A stretch of 16,223 nt of DNA from an uncultured Deinococcales bacterium (GTDB taxonomy: Bacteria; Deinococcota; Deinococci; Deinococcales; JAAFIG01), in assembly GCA_964244895.1 (NCBI GenBank), contig CAXTKV010000038.1, forward strand, positions 1 to 16,223, read 5' to 3'. The position numbers were made by a program, and so were the translations under genes. Positions 15,540-16,223 of this stretch are shown here, piece after piece; the stretch's first letter is position 1, and each line of letters opens with the position of its first letter. Below the pieces are notes generated by a model, which saw nothing but the letters and a program-made list of their open reading frames with translations, made no database searches and was not told the origin of the DNA.

Positions 15540-16166
15540 ATGCCCAGCGACCTGTACATCGTTCGTCACGGTCAGACCGTTTTCAACGCCTCCGGCACGA
15601 AAACCTTCACCGGTTGGATCGACGTGGACATCAGCGAGGTCGGTGTGCAGCAAGCCAAAAGCATCGCGCAGATGCTCAAGGACGTGCATTTCCACACCGC
15701 TTACACGTCCAGGTTGAAACGCGCCTCGAACACCCTCAAGATTCTGCTCGAGCCCCACGATTACGCCGTGCCCGTGATCGTGGACGACCGCATCATCGAA
15801 CGCAGTTACGGCGACCTGTCCGGCCAGTTGCACAAGGACGTGCAAGAAAAACACCCCGACATGTACAAGATCTGGCACCGCTCCTACGACGTTCCACCGC
15901 CCAACGGCGAGAGCGTCAAGATGGTCGAGATGCGCGTCTACCCGTTCGTCTGGGAACTCGTGCGCAATGCCGGAGAGGGTCGCAACATCCTCTTGAGCGC
16001 CCACGGGAACTCGATCCGCGCCATGCGCGCGTACCTGGAAAACATGACGGTCGAGCAAGAGATGGCGCTGGAAGTTCCGCAGGACGATTACCTGCACTAC
16101 CGCGTCACGCCGGATGTTGAAAACCTGTTCGGCGGTCGCGTCGAGAAGCTTCACCCGAAACCCTGA
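15540..16166 (+). CDS. gpmA: 2,3-bisphosphoglycerate-dependent phosphoglycerate mutase (histidine phosphatase superfamily)
   Basis: RHGQT, FTGWIDVD, ERSYGDLSG, RSYDVPPPNGES and AHGNSIRA. AAAGGA RBS at 15528-15533. Confidence 0.82.
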   Translation: MPSDLYIVRHGQTVFNASGTKTFTGWIDVDISEVGVQQAKSIAQMLKDVHFHTAYTSRLKRASNTLKILLEPHDYAVPVIVDDRIIERSYGDLSGQLHKDVQEKHPDMYKIWHRSYDVPPPNGESVKMVEMRVYPFVWELVRNAGEGRNILLSAHGNSIRAMRAYLENMTVEQEMALEVPQDDYLHYRVTPDVENLFGGRVEKLHPKP

Positions 16167-16223
16167 CGGGAGTAGGTTCACCGAAACCCTGACGGGAGTA
16201 GGTTCAGTCACACCCTGACGGGA
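16155..16223. repeat. 26-bp tandem repeat spanning the gpmA stop codon, truncated by the window end
   Basis: CCGAAACCCTGACGGGAGTAGGTTCA at 16155 and 16181, and a third in-phase unit GTCACACCCTGACGGGA from 16207. Confidence 0.93.

Noticed and set aside
12340..16223. CRISPR interpretation of the direct repeats at 12340, 15332 and 16155
   Set aside because: The units are adjacent or separated by 8 nt or less, there are no spacer-length unique sequences, and no cas gene is in the window.

Overview
GC-rich bacterial chromosomal segment. It is probably Deinococcota; this is an inference from leaderless-type TANNNT -10 boxes just upstream of several start codons and from heavy CTCGAG iteration. Left to right: a partial RibD/DHFR-like gene, a hypothetical gene split by one in-frame TAA, a second hypothetical, and a VWA protein with a duplicated ~63-aa C-terminal domain. 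Next is a five-gene minus-strand biosynthetic-type cluster (ATP-grasp::GNAT/FemAB-like fusion, extended SDR, MBL-fold hydrolase, F390/PaaK-like adenylate-forming enzyme, KAS III). Then come a DUF3105 lipoprotein, a secreted protein, YceH/DUF480, a membrane-anchored hypothetical, a CAP lipoprotein, LemA and a GpmA-like mutase. The non-coding DNA is strongly structured. A REP/MITE-like palindrome family (AACACCGTCC...GGACGGTGTT) sits in most intergenic gaps, three genes have short tandem duplications spanning their stop codon, and CTCGAG occurs about 70 times by hand count. No rRNA, tRNA, transposase or CRISPR array is visible. Family assignments come from motif recognition only, with no database searches.
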